The notes under the pieces are model-generated. The model was not told where the DNA came from, did no database searches, and saw only the letters and a program-made list of their open reading frames with translations. DNA of 62,930 nt, the filler included, from Octopus bimaculoides (Eukaryota), in the NCBI RefSeq assembly GCF_001194135.2. It is 9 parts of 7 records of this genome, joined end to end, with 100 filler letters (N's around TTAATTAATTAA, not from the genome) between each part and the next. Parts side by side here need not be neighbours in the genome. Positions count along the whole stretch, not along the records: positions 1 to 19,581 come from NC_068987.1; 8 more parts are not named here. One strand, 5' to 3'. Positions within the stretch are counted from its first letter, which is position 1, and each line of letters begins with the position of its first letter. The translations under genes were made by a program, and so were the position numbers. This document shows, in pieces, positions 1 to 12,999 of the stretch.

Positions 1-174
1 CATCATCCCTTACAGCTGTTGCAGTTAAGTTCCACAAAGTTAAATAAGTATTAAAATGATATTTCTAAGCATAATCTCTTCAGAGGAAAAAAATATATAC
101 CCTTAGATATTTTTTGTGTTAGTCTTTTTTAATAATAATATGGCAGGTCTGCCGTGATGATTAAAGAAACTAAC

Positions 175-240
<66 letters not shown>

Positions 241-880
241 GAGGTGCAGCAATATCAAAGGACGGCTAACTAGCAAGATAGTGTTTGTATGTGGCAGATG
301 CTCAGGGGCAATAAACACTGACAATGTGCAGAAAACAACCTTTGCCATACTCCAGGGAGAAAAACTAGAAGTAGTTGATAGCTTCCGCTACTTAGGTGAC
401 CAAATTTGTAGTGGGGGAGGGTGCACTGAAAGTGTAGCTGCTAGAATAAGAATAGCCTGGGCAAAGTTTAGAGAGCTCTTACCTCTGCTGGTGACAAAAG
501 GCCTCNNNNNNNNNNCCCAGGAAGACCTGGGATGAGGTGGTGAAGCACGACCTTCGAACTTTAGGCCTCACCGAGGCAATGACCAGTGACCAGGACCTTT
601 GGAAATATGCAGTACGTCAGAAGACTCGGCAAGGCAAGTGAGACCATAATCTGTGATCTCTGCCAGAAGCGTAGCCAGCTCACTAATTCGTATCTTTACT
701 TCATTGGACATTAAAAACCCTGCTTGCGAAGACCTGTTGAGGCAAGTGAATTTTCGGAATTTGAAATTTGAAATCTGAAATCGAAATTGAACCGAATCTG
801 ACGACTGGCACCCATGCCAACCTCTACTTCATTGGACACTAAACTCTGCTTGCGAAGACCTGTTGGGGCAAGTGAAATCA
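241..880 (+). mobile_element. 5'-truncated RTE-clade LINE fragment (RT C-terminus, ORF end and 3' UTR)
   Basis: ORF 185..535 encodes EKLEVVDSFRYLGDQI...ESVAARIRIAWAKFRELLPLL (RT domain 7/thumb). After the short gap, P(R/G)KTWDEVVKHDLRTLGLTEAMTSDQDLWKYAV is a typical RTE C-terminus. The 3' UTR has an internal duplication (cattggacact/attaaa...ctgcttgcgaagacctgtt..ggcaagtgaa). Confidence 0.8.
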
Positions 881-1292
881 TAATTGAACCATACTCGATG
901 ACTGGCACCTGCACCAGTGGAGCACTAACAGCACTGTCCGAGCGTGTTCATTGCCAGAGCAGCTGTCTGGCTTCTGTGCTAGTGGCCCGTAAATAGCACC
1001 ATTTGAGCGTAATCATTACCAGCGTTGCCTTCTAGCACTTTTGCTGGTGGCATGTTAGAAAATCATTCGAGCGAGGTCGTTGCCAGTGCCACTGGACTTG
1101 CTTCCATGCCGGTGGCACGTAAAAGCACCCACTACACTTTCGGAGTGGTTGGCGTTAGGAAGAGCATCCAGCTGTAGAAACTCTGCCAGATCAGATTGGA
1201 GCCTGGTGCAGCCTTCTGGCTTGCCAGTCCTCAGTCAAATCGTCCAACCCATGCTAGCACGGAAAGCTGATGTTAAACGATGATGATGATGA
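881..1292 (+). mobile_element. SINE-like dispersed repeat family B, ending ...aacccatgctagcatggaaagcggacgttaaacgatgatgat
   Basis: Near-identical sequence recurs at 7620-7780 (-), 17030-17135 and 17600-17812 (+), with diverged copies near 6230-6420 and 21820-21980. It has a (GAT)n tail. Confidence 0.75.
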
Positions 1293-1725
1293 TATATGTA
1301 AATACTTATNNNNNNNNNNNNNNNNNNNNNNNNNNNNNNNNNNNNNNNNNNNNNNNNNNNNNNNNNNNNNNNNNNNNNNNNNNNNNNNNNNNNNNNNNNN
1401 NNNNNNNNNNNNNNNNNNNNNNNNNNNNNNNNNNNNNNNNNNNNNNNNNNNNNNNNNNNNNNNNNNNNNNNNNNNNNNNNNNNNNNNNNNNNNNNNNNNN
1501 NNNNNNNNNNNNNNNNNNNNNNNNNNNNNNNNNNNNNNNNNNNNNNNNNNNNNNNNNNNNNNNNNNNNNNNNNNNNNNNNNNNNNNNNNNNNNNNNNNNN
1601 NNNNNNNNNNNNNNNNNNNNNNNNNNNNNNNNNNNNNNNNNNNNNNNNNNNNNNNNNNNNNNNNNNNNNNNNNNNNNNNNNNNNNNNNNNNNNNNNNNNN
1701 NNNNNNNNNNNNNNNNTATATATAC

Positions 1726-1775
<50 letters not shown>

Positions 1776-1788
1776 TATATACACATAT

Positions 1789-1820
<32 letters not shown>

Positions 1821-2299
1821 CATATACATATATATACATATACATACACACATATATAACACACACACACACACATATATATAACAATCAGAACAAGAAG
1901 ACACAAACACGCATACACACAGAATATATACTGATTGTTGTAGTGTCATCCAAATTTGGTTTCTGTGGAAACATGTCTGGCTATGGGCATATAGTATGTT
2001 GCTTGGAAACATGTGAGGGTTGGTGTCAGGTTGCATCCAGTTGGAGAAAATCTGCTCATATGAGCTCTGACTCAACCATGGAAATATGGGAAAATTGAGA
2101 TTTAAATGATGATGGCCCAATTGTGTGTTACACAATGTAACTGTTTGAATGAGGCATAGAGGCATAACCGATTACGAGACCCCAGTATTTGACTGGGAGT
2201 TAGGTTACTAAATCTCAAAAGATGCGAGTGAAGCGTGATAGGACTTGAATTTAGAGCAAGTGAGGTAAGTGCATATTATAAAACTGTTGAAAGACTTAC

Positions 2300-2471
2300 G
2301 TTAGCCATCGGTCAATACAGGATTTGCAGAATCGATGCCCACATTCTGTCTGCATGGGTTCACAGAGGATGAGAAGGCAGATAGGACATTCATACTTTGG
2401 GTCAGGTGTAGGCTCAAATTCATAGTCATAGCCGTCTTTTTCCATTGTAGACAAGTTTGTTGTTTCATCAC
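2300..2471 (-). CDS. TRAF6: Internal coding exon with the RING finger of a TRAF6-like E3 ubiquitin ligase
   Basis: Manual translation gives (G)[56 protein letters not shown], matching the TRAF6 pattern GYDxEF...KYECPICL...QTxCGHRFCxxCI. Acceptor is ttcttacctgctatAG| and donor is AC|GTAAGT. The exon is 172 nt, phase 1 in and phase 2 out. The family call is strong; orthology to TRAF6 specifically is inferred. Confidence 0.85.
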
Positions 2472-2681
2472 CTATAGCAGGTAAGAATACAGAAGAAAAA
2501 AAATTTAATCAAAAGAAAAACAATAAAAAAGACAAGAAGCAGAAGAAGACAATGAAGAAGAAATCAAAACAATGGCTGTGAAGTGTAGATGTTACACTAT
2601 TGATAACAGGGTAATGAGTTCAAACTTGGCTTAAAGCAACCATGTGTCTTATACATGGTACATTACTCTATTTCCATTTAC

Positions 2682-2742
2682 CTGGTCCTTCTGAACAGAT
2701 AAGCTGTGTAACAGCCAATATGGCTGCTGTTCCTCCCCACAT
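2682..2742 (-). CDS. TRAF6: Probable first coding exon of the TRAF6-like gene (MWGGTAAILAVTQLICSEGP/G)
   Basis: ATG at 2742 follows in-frame TAG TAA. The exon ends CCAG|GTAAAT in phase 1, which joins in frame with the phase-1 RING exon across a 210-nt intron (2472-2681). Confidence 0.55.
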
Positions 2743-2834
2743 TATCCCTTACTATCTCCTCCTCAATCCTTGTTCTTTTGAATAGCAACACTATGGAACT
2801 CCTACCACACCCAGATTTTTCCTTATAGGCATCA

Positions 2835-2879
<45 letters not shown>

Positions 2880-3195
2880 NNNNNNNNNNGAGAGAGAGAG
2901 AGTGAGAGAGGGGGAGAGAAAGAGAGAGGGAGAGAGAGAGAGAGTCCCAATATGGTCACTTGACCTGCTAGCAATAGCAGCCAAATTTTTCTTAGATGAA
3001 ACCCTTCTGTCTTTAAAAAAAGTAAAACAAAAAGAAGAAAGCAGGCATTGCATGGTGTCTCCTAGGTACACAATATCTGGAATGCCTTTCAATCATATAT
3101 CTACTTGATCAGGGCTGAGCTAGGGCTAAAACACTACAACAATCTAAGATTTTTAAATTCAAGATTTAACAAAAAAGTTTTTTAATATATCCACA

Positions 3196-3480
3196 ATGAT
3201 AATCAACAAAAGTCTATATTACATCATACAGAAATACTTACTGGATAAATACACCATTCAATCATTTGATGGTTTCTTAGAAATTCTGTACCAAACTGAT
3301 GAAGTTGGCAAAATTTCCACAATGGATGTCAAAAGTCTTTTCACCAACATCTCAGTGACAGAAACTATAAACATAATCTTGGATAATATCTACAAACATC
3401 TTACACTAAATCCACTAGTAACTCTATGGAATATATGCAAAAGTTTCTGTTCACCTGCACAACTGAAGTTCCCTTCCGTT
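3196..3480 (+). mobile_element. Penelope-like element RT fragment
   Basis: ORF contains STMDVKSLFTNISVTETINIILDNIY, the PLE RT motif (S.DV.SLFTN.P..ETI.II). Confidence 0.7.
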
Positions 3481-3639
3481 CACAAGGTAATCTTGTACGT
3501 GTTAATTTCAACCTTTCTTATTCGTAACTACATTGTTTTGTTCAAGGTAAACTGACATCCAACTATTCAAAGAAGACTTCAAAAGTAACTAGTAGCAACT
3601 TCTCTTGAAAATTTACAAAATTTGGCATCGTGGTGCTCT

Positions 3640-4660
3640 CGAGTACCTGCAGAAAAAGGGTTTAGCCCCCAACAACATTCATGCTGACATGGTTGCTACA
3701 TTAAGAGATAATGCTCCAGCTTTATCAACAGTGTAAAAGTGGGCAGCTGAATTTAGGGAGAGTCTTGAAGAATATCCAAGATCTGGACGCTCTCTAACTG
3801 CCACCACTGTGGCAAACATTGATCGTGTTCATCATGTGGTGATGGATGACAGGCAAATGACTATAAATCAAATAGCTAATGCTATTAGCATATCCTATGA
3901 GAGAGTTGAGAATATTCTGCACAATGGACTTGGCATAACAAAAGTTTCTGCTCAGTGGGTGTCATGTCTTCTGACACCTGATCAAAAGCACATCAGGTTG
4001 ATTACAATTACATCATGGCAAAATCTAACATTGTTTGAGGCAGATACAGCTAACTTCCTTGAACATTTCCTAACCCAGGGTGAGTGTTGTCTTCATCACT
4101 TTGAGCCAGAGACAATCCATGCAGTGGAAACATCCCTCCTCACCTGCTCCAAAGAAGGCCAAGGTCATTTCATCTGTAGGAAATATGATGGCCTCAGTTT
4201 TGGGGGATGCAAAAGTCATTGTATTTATTGACCAGCTTCAAAAGGGCTACATCATCAATGGCGAATACTATGCCAACTTGCCGAGGCAGTTATGAAAGGC
4301 TATCAAGACCAAATGCCCAGGGAAACTGACAAAAGGGGTCCTGTTTCATTAGGACAATACTTCAATATACAAGTCCTTGGTATCAATGGCTGCTGTGCAT
4401 AACTGTGGCTTTGAACTGGTTGATCTTGGCTCCATTTGACTATCATCTGTTCCCCAACATGAAATAACATTTAGCTGGGAACCAGCATTGCAGTGATGAT
4501 GATGATGATATATCTGCTGTTCATGACTTTTGATAACCAATAGGATGAAAGCTTCTTCACCAATGGGATCCAAGCACTGCAACATCAATGGAAGAAGTGT
4601 GTGGACTGTATAGGGGATTATGTTAAAAAAACAAACCTTATTTGATCACATTCCTTAAGA
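3640..4660 (+). mobile_element. Degraded mariner transposon (irritans/Himar1-like)
   Basis: Frameshifted ORFs: SGRSLTATTVANIDRVHHVVMDDRQMTINQIA...KVSAQWVSCLLTPDQK (HTH and WVP-like motif); SMQWKHPSSPAPKKAKVISSVGNMMASV...VFIDQLQKGYIINGEYYANL; terminal KCVDCxGDYVKK. Confidence 0.85.
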
Positions 4661-5144
4661 ATACTGTCATCTGCTTACCCTTGTATTTATAATTCAACGT
4701 AACTCTAGTATAAATTCAGACCAATACACAACCCCATTTTCAGATATAAGAATAGAAATAAGGAATAAAATATATAAGACCACACTATACATCAGAAAAA
4801 AACAAACAAATATATACTTATATATGTACAGTAATAATGAGTATCTTCATAGATACAACATATCTGTAATCAAATCCCTTCTTTGACAAGATTTAATTTT
4901 CCATCCACTCAAGTGGCTTTAGATAATGGAATCTTCCATGTAAAACAAACCATAAAAAATTAGCTGTCCAGACCATAAAACATTGGTTGATATTAGCGTA
5001 TGCTAATATATTAGTTGCCCTGCTGATATAAAGGTACTCAAATAGGTTAGTAAGCCAGGCCATAAAACAAACAAGAACTATGACTAGCCCCATTTACTTG
5101 AACTTGCTGTGACAATCAGTCATGCTAAGCATTCAAGAGGACTT

Positions 5145-5522
5145 TGAAGATGTGAAGTTTTATTTCCAGAAAAATAGGGGTACCTCCACACTAGGAGGAG
5201 CACTCCATTGGTTATGACGACAAGGATCCTAGCTGATACAATCAATGGAACAGCTTGCTTGTGAAATTAATGTGCAAGTGGTTGAGCACTCCACAGACAC
5301 ATGTACCCTTAATGTAGTTCTCAGGGAGATTCAGCATGATACAGAGTGCGATAAGGTTGGCCCTTTGAAATACAGGTACTACTGATTTTTGCCAGCTGAG
5401 TGGACTGGAGCAACGTGAAATAAAGTGTCTTGCTCAAAGACACAATGTGTCACTGGGAATTGAACTCTTGACCTTACGATCATGAGCTGAATGCCCTAAC
5501 CACTAAGCCATGTGCTTTCACA
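5145..5522 (-). mobile_element. tRNA-derived SINE family C
   Basis: The minus-strand head tggcttagtggttagggcattcagctcatgatcgtaaggtcaagagttcaattccc has A- and B-box-like motifs. A second copy lies at 53560-53870. Confidence 0.75.
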
Positions 5523-6425
5523 CACCTCCACACTACCATAGCAATGTAAGGACATATCTTCACTAGATTTTGCTAAACAGGTAGATTGAATGAAAAGGGT
5601 CAGTAGAATACCCACCACATTCATACCTCACAGCACTAGATATTTTTTGTGGAGAACCTTTCACAGTACAAAACCAGCAACAGCTGATGAACAGAGGGTA
5701 GATATTGAATGCCAATTTTACTACAAACCATTTCATAACACCATTTCTCTACCACCAGTCACCATTCCCTCTCTATTAAACTACTTCTAATTGATATCCA
5801 GCCATCATTTAAAAAAATTCTCCCATTCATATTTACCATCAACTCCACCCCCATTTCCTATTCCTCATTCCATATATACCTTACCACAATCATTTGACTC
5901 CCTCCATGCTATATTTATATCTATTTCTCACTCTCCCCTCACACTCTTGCAATGTTACCTATGCATGTTGATTCTCGTGTCTCCATACTATCTTCTATTT
6001 ACTTTCTTGGACATTTTACTGTGAGGGTATGCTTTGGTTCCTATCATCACCATATTTACCTCCCTTTGTGACATCACTCCAACCACCTTCACCTACCCAT
6101 GTAAAATGTGAGGAGGCCATAAATTTCCACAACAAACCTATTCCTATTCCTCATATAAAGCCATCACTCTACCTCTTATTTTTCCTCCCATGAAGCAGGG
6201 TTTTTTAGTCTTATGAGTTACAAGGCAAGATCACTAGTGCTGGTGCCATGGAAAATAAGCATCCTGTATGGTTTTTCCGTGGCATCAATAGTTGGCATTA
6301 AGAAGGGCATCCACTCACAGAAATCATGCTAAAACTGAGAGATTGTTGGATTTTGTTTAACCATTCAACCCATGCCAGCAGGAAAAGTGGATCTAAAAAT
6401 GATGATGATAATAACAATGATTTGC

Positions 6426-6586
6426 AACAGGTATGGCTGTGGTTGAGAAGTTTGCTTCACAACCACATGATTTTGGTTTCAGTCTCAATGCACAGCACCT
6501 TGGGCAAGTATCTCCTACTGTGGTGCTAGGCAAACCAAATGTTTGTGAGATTTGGTAGACAAAAACTGAATGAAATCCCCTGTCAT
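6426..6586 (+). mobile_element. tRNA-derived SINE family A (diverged copy)
   Basis: tRNA-like head followed by gcaccttgggcaagt, which resembles the CORE-SINE core. It is homologous to copies at 14150, 17441, 22157, 55575 and 58685. Confidence 0.7.
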
Positions 6587-6587
6587 T

Positions 6588-6725
<138 letters not shown>

Positions 6726-7619
6726 CTTGTCTTTTTTGTGCATTAATTGTAAACAAACAACACCATCATACGAGTAATGTTTGTTTGCAATCTTCTGTGG
6801 AAATGTATCTGTCCATGTTTAAAGGACTAGGGAAAATACCTTTGCTTGGTAACAGGTGAGGGTTGGCAACAAAAAGAGAATCTGGAATCTGGCTGTACAA
6901 ATCTGCCTTAATGGATTTCATCAGACCTATGCAAGCATGGAAAAGTAGATGTTAAATCGATGATGATATGTAAATACACACACATATATACACTATAAAT
7001 ACATATACATTTAGGTATATACATAGATTTATTAAACTTGTAGTAAAACAGTCCATCAGATGGCTGTCCATATTTTTCAATGAATCAAGGACCGAGAGGG
7101 AATGTATTTACATTGTTTTACTTAATTTCATAGCAAAGGCTTTCTAATATTTTTAGATCCAGTTTAGTACATATATTTATATCCATGAGTGTGTATTGGG
7201 AAGTGAAACTATAATCTTACTGTGAACTCAACACCAGCTGCTACATGCCTTCTCTCTCTCTCTCTCTCTCTCTCATACACACACACAGTAATGCTTATCA
7301 ATATATGATAACAGAGAAAAATATGCACCCATGCTAAATATAGAAATCAGATCTCTCTTATGTCACACTCTGCTGTATTGGAAGTGAGGAGAATGGATTA
7401 GATAACAGAGACCTAGACATCCTTAAATACAAGAGAGCCATAGCTAGAATGCCATTGACCATGGATCTGCCCAATTGTGGTTAAAGTACCACAATGAATG
7501 GTAGACAAATGTAGTTAACATACAGGCGTTTAAGGTTGACAAATAAGAGCACTGTTTCCAATCATTTCTTCTTATTTTTATTATCAGATATCTATGGTAT
7601 TTGTGTGTGCATATATATA

Positions 7620-7779
7620 TCATCATCATCATCATCATCATCGTTTAACGTCCGCTTTCCATGCTAGCATGGGTTGGACGATTTGATTGAGGACTGGTGA
7701 AACCGGATGGCAACACCAGGCTCCAATCTAATTTGGCAGAGTTTCTACAGCTGAATGCCCTTCCTAACGCCAGCCACTC

Positions 7780-7780
<1 letters not shown>
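7620..7780 (-). mobile_element. SINE-like repeat family B, 3' part
   Basis: Reverse complement of 1140-1290 and 17655-17812, with a (CAT)n tail on the plus strand. Confidence 0.75.
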
Positions 7781-7819
<39 letters not shown>

Positions 7820-8929
7820 TTCATATATATTTATATATAATTAAGATAAGCAAATTGTTATTAATATAATTTTTATCATAAATTATATCATACTTCATAT
7901 TCTTTAACCCTTTAGCATTTAAACTGGTTGCATCCAGCCTAAATATTCTACCTATTTTATGTTCAGACTGACCAGATCCAGCCTCTCACACCTTTCTTAG
8001 AATGTGATTCTAAAAATAATTAATCACATCATCAAAATCGTGAAATTACAAGATAATGCATAGTCAATTCAAAACAATGTGAATTAATATGTATTACTTT
8101 TAAGAGAGTAATTTGAATGCTAAAAGTTGTTAAACAGTATCCGCTATTTTTGCTTAGATGTCTTCTAAAGCAAAATACCCCCTGGCAAACATTTTTGCAA
8201 ACTCATCTCGTTACTAAGAACCTCTGACTCCCCCAACTGCTATTCCCTATCTGGACAAGAAGTACCAGCTACCATTATTTCAACTATGCAACCTACCAAT
8301 AAACTGAGAGCTTCTCCCCTCAGCTGTTTATTTCTAGGAATTCACATTTACTAACAAGCTGCCATTATTTCAGTTACAACAACTCACCAGTCTATTGTAA
8401 GCTTCTTTTCTAGGAAATAACATCCTAGACAAATGCCATAAGTTAAATTACTACAACCCATTTGTCTTTTCTCATCTCTTCTCCCATCCTCTTATCACAT
8501 CCAGTATGCAACTTGCTAGTCTTCTCTTCCATTTCTAGGATTCATACACTCCTCTAAAAAAATATGCATAGAGTTGTGGACTCTGTGAGCTGTAGGGAAA
8601 GCAAAGCTGCTAATCTTTCTCCTTGCTATGTTTAGGACACAACCTACCAGATAGTTGTCAGCACCTCTCCCTTCCACTTACAGGAATCCATACACTCCAA
8701 ACTAAATCACCAGCGCACCCTATGCTGCCAACACTGTGAGCACCTTCAGTACCATTATGGGATTGACAAGTTTATTTTTGAACCTGTGGAAGACACAGGA
8801 GATGTTGAAATATCGTTCATTTGATAACAGTTGCACTCTTCTTTATTGCTTCTTTACTTTCTGGAGGAGTAACCTAAATCCTATTGGCAGTACCAGGCAG
8901 TGGCTCTCATGGCTTTTGATCTTAACTGA

Positions 8930-9427
8930 CTGGAAGTGTTATCATGTACATTGTTTTGTTTTGGTATAAAAGATGGGTGACAGCAAATATTCTACTCAAT
9001 ACCACAGATTTGCTTGTCAGTTGCTTGACCTTAACCAGTGGAGTCCATTAGTGGCTGACGATATGTGCATCTCTGATGATGAACAGAAATAGTGGAGGAG
9101 CATCATAGCCATGTGTTCAGAGGAATTCTTTGGGGTTTGAACAATTCACCTCTGGAAACATAGGTGTTTTGTTCATCATCCTTAAACAAACCTTATTCAG
9201 GGATCTTTTGAGCAAGATGGGCTACTCAACTTGAAGAAAATTCTAACCGGGCCCCACCTGCACGGTCATGCACTGTTTGTCTTGATATAAGATCACCATG
9301 TTGCACACATATGGTTGTGATGCAAGTGCTTGGTGTACCCTTATCAGACGAGTAGTCATGATGGTATATTGAGCTTTGTATATTTGTACCTGGTGTCACT
9401 TTGATGGCATGTATTGCTCTCTTATTC

Positions 9428-9430
<3 letters not shown>
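8930..9430 (+). repeat. Probable 3' end of a retroelement running into (AAT)n
   Basis: Non-coding, GC-richer block that ends directly in an (AAT)n tract at 9428-9481. It is recognised as resembling an abundant cephalopod repeat (recall, not verified). Confidence 0.4.
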
Positions 9431-9483
<53 letters not shown>

Positions 9484-9833
9484 TCCTTTCTACTATAAAC
9501 ACAAGGCCTGAAATTTTGTGCGAAGGGGCTAGTTGATTACTGGTACTTATTTTATTGACATTGAAAGGATGAAAGACAAAGTTGGAAGAAATGCCACAAA
9601 CTATTTTGTCTGGTGCAGTAATAAGTCTATCAGTTTGCCACCCTAATAATAACCCTTTCTGTTATAGGCACAAGGCCTGAAAGTTTGGGGGTACTTGACT
9701 AATACTTATTTTATTGACTTTGAAAGGATGAAAGGCTAAGTTGACCATGTCAGAATTTGAACACAGAACATAAAAATGAACAAAATGCTGTTGAGCATTT
9801 TGCCTGACATGCTAATGATTCTACCAGCTTAGC

Positions 9834-9865
<32 letters not shown>

Positions 9866-9960
9866 CCTATTATAGACACAAGGCCTGAAACTAGGTGGGT
9901 GGGGGGGTCAATTACATCATTCCCAGAACTCAACTGGTACTTTATTATATTGACTCCAAA
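9484..9960 (-). mobile_element. Cluster of three decayed SINE family D copies
   Basis: The motif ggcacaaggcctgaaa...tacttattttattgac...aaaggatgaaaggc is repeated three times and is shared with 26130-26324, 32650-32860 and 61285-61479. Confidence 0.65.
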
Positions 9961-10218
9961 AGAATAATAATAATCCATTAAATGAGAAGACAGAATCAAC
10001 TGTGGGGTGAAAAACAGACATGACAAAAAAAAACAAGCAATACAAAATGGGATTAATGGCACATCCTGATAGCAGAGTGTGGAGACAATCACTTAAGATG
10101 AATCAAGCCATCACACCAAACCACAAATCCAGGATTACCCTGACCACTAGGGTCAAGTGCCTTCTGACCAGTGAAATATATATTTTACATAAGAAATGAA
10201 AAAGAAGATGCTCAAACC

Positions 10219-10475
10219 CAATGGTTCTCAACCAGGGTCCATATGGCCCTTGGGGGGTCCACATAAAATTTTGTTGCTAAAGTTTTTGTACAATAAATTG
10301 ATTATAACTTCAACAATACACAAAATATTTTAATAATTTTTTTTTATACAATTCCTAATAATATTTAATTATAAAATTATTATAGGATTTTTTAAACATT
10401 GAATGGCTATGAGGTCCATCTGAGTAAAATGGTAATCAAAGCGGTTTGTAGGTGAAAAATGGTTGAGAACCACTG
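10219..10475. mobile_element. Old hAT/Charlie-type MITE
   Basis: TIRs caatggttctcaacc (10219) and ggttgagaaccactg (ends 10475) match 14/15. The flanking 8-mers ctcaaacc and ttctaatc match 5/8, consistent with a decayed 8-bp TSD. Confidence 0.7.
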
Positions 10476-12449
10476 TTCTAATCCAATCAAATGTAAACTT
10501 GAACAAGGACATGTTAGTCAGGTGTAACAAGTAAAGCAGATGTCTGTATTCACCACTTTTATTCAACCTTTCAAAGATAGTGCCTTCTCAACTTATTTCT
10601 CAGCGAGACTGGTCTCTCTGCTTGCAATCTCATTTGGGTCCCTATCCACTAAGAAGTCTGGTCCAGTCCAGATAGACCCTAGTATTTTAACAGATACTTC
10701 AGTAACTCAAAATGCTAGCTAGCATGGATTTAACTCTCAGGGAGTTAAGCTGCAAGCCCACAAATTTGTCCTGAAAAATCAATCTTTATGCTTGCAACTG
10801 TAGCTTATTTCCAGTGAACATTTGTGATTTTAGTTTTCCAGCTAAACTGCCAGATGACTGTATCTTTACTTACTCAGCAGATACAGTTTATATTAGCAGC
10901 CATGTAGAACTCTCGTGTCATCAGAGTGAAAAGTAGATCAGTTGACAATAAATAGATAAAAGTTATATTTTTTAGATAAATAGACTGACGTCATTTGGGT
11001 TTTTTTTTCTTATATTGATATTGAAACACATCAATGAAGTAATATTTCAAGTATTACATTTTTTTTTGTTTTTGCTTTTCCCTCCTTTGATTTATTTCTG
11101 TTTGAAATACTAAGAAATAAGTAACTAACATGAGCGTAGTTAGAGCAGCATGGTAGATTTACTTCTAAATCACAAGGTTCTGCATTTAGTCCCACAAAAT
11201 GGAATGTTAGGCAAGTAACTTCTCCACACAGCCTCACTTTGCAAGTAAAAGTAGATGGAAAATGTGTGGCAGCTCACTGTCTGTCTCACAGACAAGGGGC
11301 TCCCCACTCTTTCATTAGTTTACTTATCTTCTCCCTCCTCGACTCTCTTTCTCTCTTATATATTTACCATTATATGTGTTGCCCTCCATCTATCTATGTG
11401 TGTGTCCATATCTGTGTTTGTGTATCATCACTAAAAACTGGTATTGTTTCATATGTCCTGTAATCTCACGGTTCAACAAATATGATCAATAAAATAAGCA
11501 CCAAACTGAAATAGAATCTAGAGTTGATATAACCTTGAAGGCTGAGCCGCAGCACAGCTGGTGACTGAATGAACAGGTATTGAGGTGATAGTAGCAGTAG
11601 ATGATGTAGTAGTAGTTGTTGTAGTAGATGAAGCAACAATAGTAGTTGTTAATCTCCCAACTAGCCCTGGCAGAGAGTAGACCAAAAGCATTCCAGTTGT
11701 GACCATGTTGTGCTGTAAAGGATAACCACTATACTGCATTATCTAATATCATATTATTTTAAGACAACAGAGTGATTTGATGGAGATTTGATCACTATTT
11801 CAAGCAGGTCAAACAATCGTGTAAGGACACCTTTGGTAGTCTAGCAAATGATGGTGGTGGTGGTGGTGGGAGATTGTTGGGATGATCTAATTGATAATCT
11901 GTTTTGAGTCCAAACTTGGTGAAAGTCAAATTTACCTTTAATTTCCTCTTCCTTTTCCCCCTCTGTCATCATCCTTGCCACCACTATCATCATAACAACT
12001 TTTCCATGGCCCAGATGAAATTCAGTGAGGCAGTTCTCTTTTTCTACAGTTGGCTGCTCTTCTTGTCACTAACTATCATTTGTTTCTAATTAAGGCACTA
12101 TTTCCCTTAGCTTTTCAACAACAAAGAGCTGAATGGCAAGCACATTTTCATTATAAACAATGGCATGGCAATGGGAAGAAACAAACACACATCAACATCA
12201 TTGGTTTAACATCTACTTTTTCATGTATGCATTCATCAGATAGAATTTGTTGAGACAGATTTTCTACAGCCGGATGCCATTCCTGTTGTCAACCCTCACT
12301 TGTTTCCAAATCAGGTAATATTTCTCCATGACAAAACATGTTTTCAGAGAAGATTGGAAATGCAGGACACTGCTTGCATGACAGTGACACTTATTTATAA
12401 CTATCATATGATGTTAAGGTAAAGACTCAGTAACACATACACACACACA

Positions 12450-12800
12450 TGTCGTCCTTAGTCGAAAGACATCTGTTGTTATGTCCCGTTATTATTCCTA
12501 CTGTATTTGTGTAACATTGTTCGTTTTTTTTCTGTCCTTGTTTTTGTATACATTCACTGCTTTCTTCCAAGGAATCTAATGCTCTTAGCTTAGTTTTTCC
12601 TTGGGGCTGGCCAGATTAGAGCAATATCGAGAATAACCAGCTGAAATTGCAAAGATAATCTGGATCTCGACTGAAGAGAGAAAACTCCGAATGACATGTC
12701 CGTGTTTTCTTTGTATTGTCTATCTGTATGTTTTGTCCCTTTCTTGTATCACCTAACTGTCTGGATGTTTTGCTTTCTTGTCCCATTCTGTATTATATAT
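12450..12800. repeat. Dispersed repeat of unknown class
   Basis: Its end (cttgtatcacctaactgtctggatgttttg...ttcttgtcccattct) recurs at about 33220-33270. Confidence 0.5.
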
Positions 12801-12999
12801 GACATACTTCTTTCAGTTTCTGTCTATTAAATCTACTTGCACAAGGTGCCTCAGGGATTAAATCCAGAAGCATGTGGTTAGGAAGCAAACTTCTTGTCAT
12901 ACAGCCATACATTTATTTAAAAATTCAAAGTTGGCCCATTCTACCTCATTCTCTGAGTATATATGGTAGTTGAAAGACAAAAACGCCCAATACTCACTG

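Noticed and set aside
1254-2098. Long ORFs spanning N gaps and (TA)/(CA) microsatellites (also 16005-16806, 30351-31707, 42803-43850, 45789-46841, 59706-60266, 61453-62361)
   Set aside because: They are open only because of Ns and dinucleotide repeats (YIYI, THTH, CVCV, LSLS), with no coding signal.
2678-2974. 98-aa minus-strand ORF overlapping the TRAF6-like upstream exon
   Set aside because: It runs through a (CT)n repeat and a gap and is in a different frame from the one that splices to the RING exon.
4893-5093. Hydrophobic 66-aa ORF resembling a membrane protein
   Set aside because: No recognisable family or splice context; hydrophobic bias is expected from T-rich strands.
9080-9105. 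CTGATGATGAACAGAAA, hammerhead-like boxes
   Set aside because: Stem II would be 2 bp with a 2-nt loop, and there is no stem I pairing or positional support; judged chance.
12665-12705. CTGAAGA-GAG-AAAA-CTC-CGAA hammerhead-like motif
   Set aside because: The GAAA box is not intact (CGAAT) and stems I and III could not be formed. Worth rechecking only on the family consensus.
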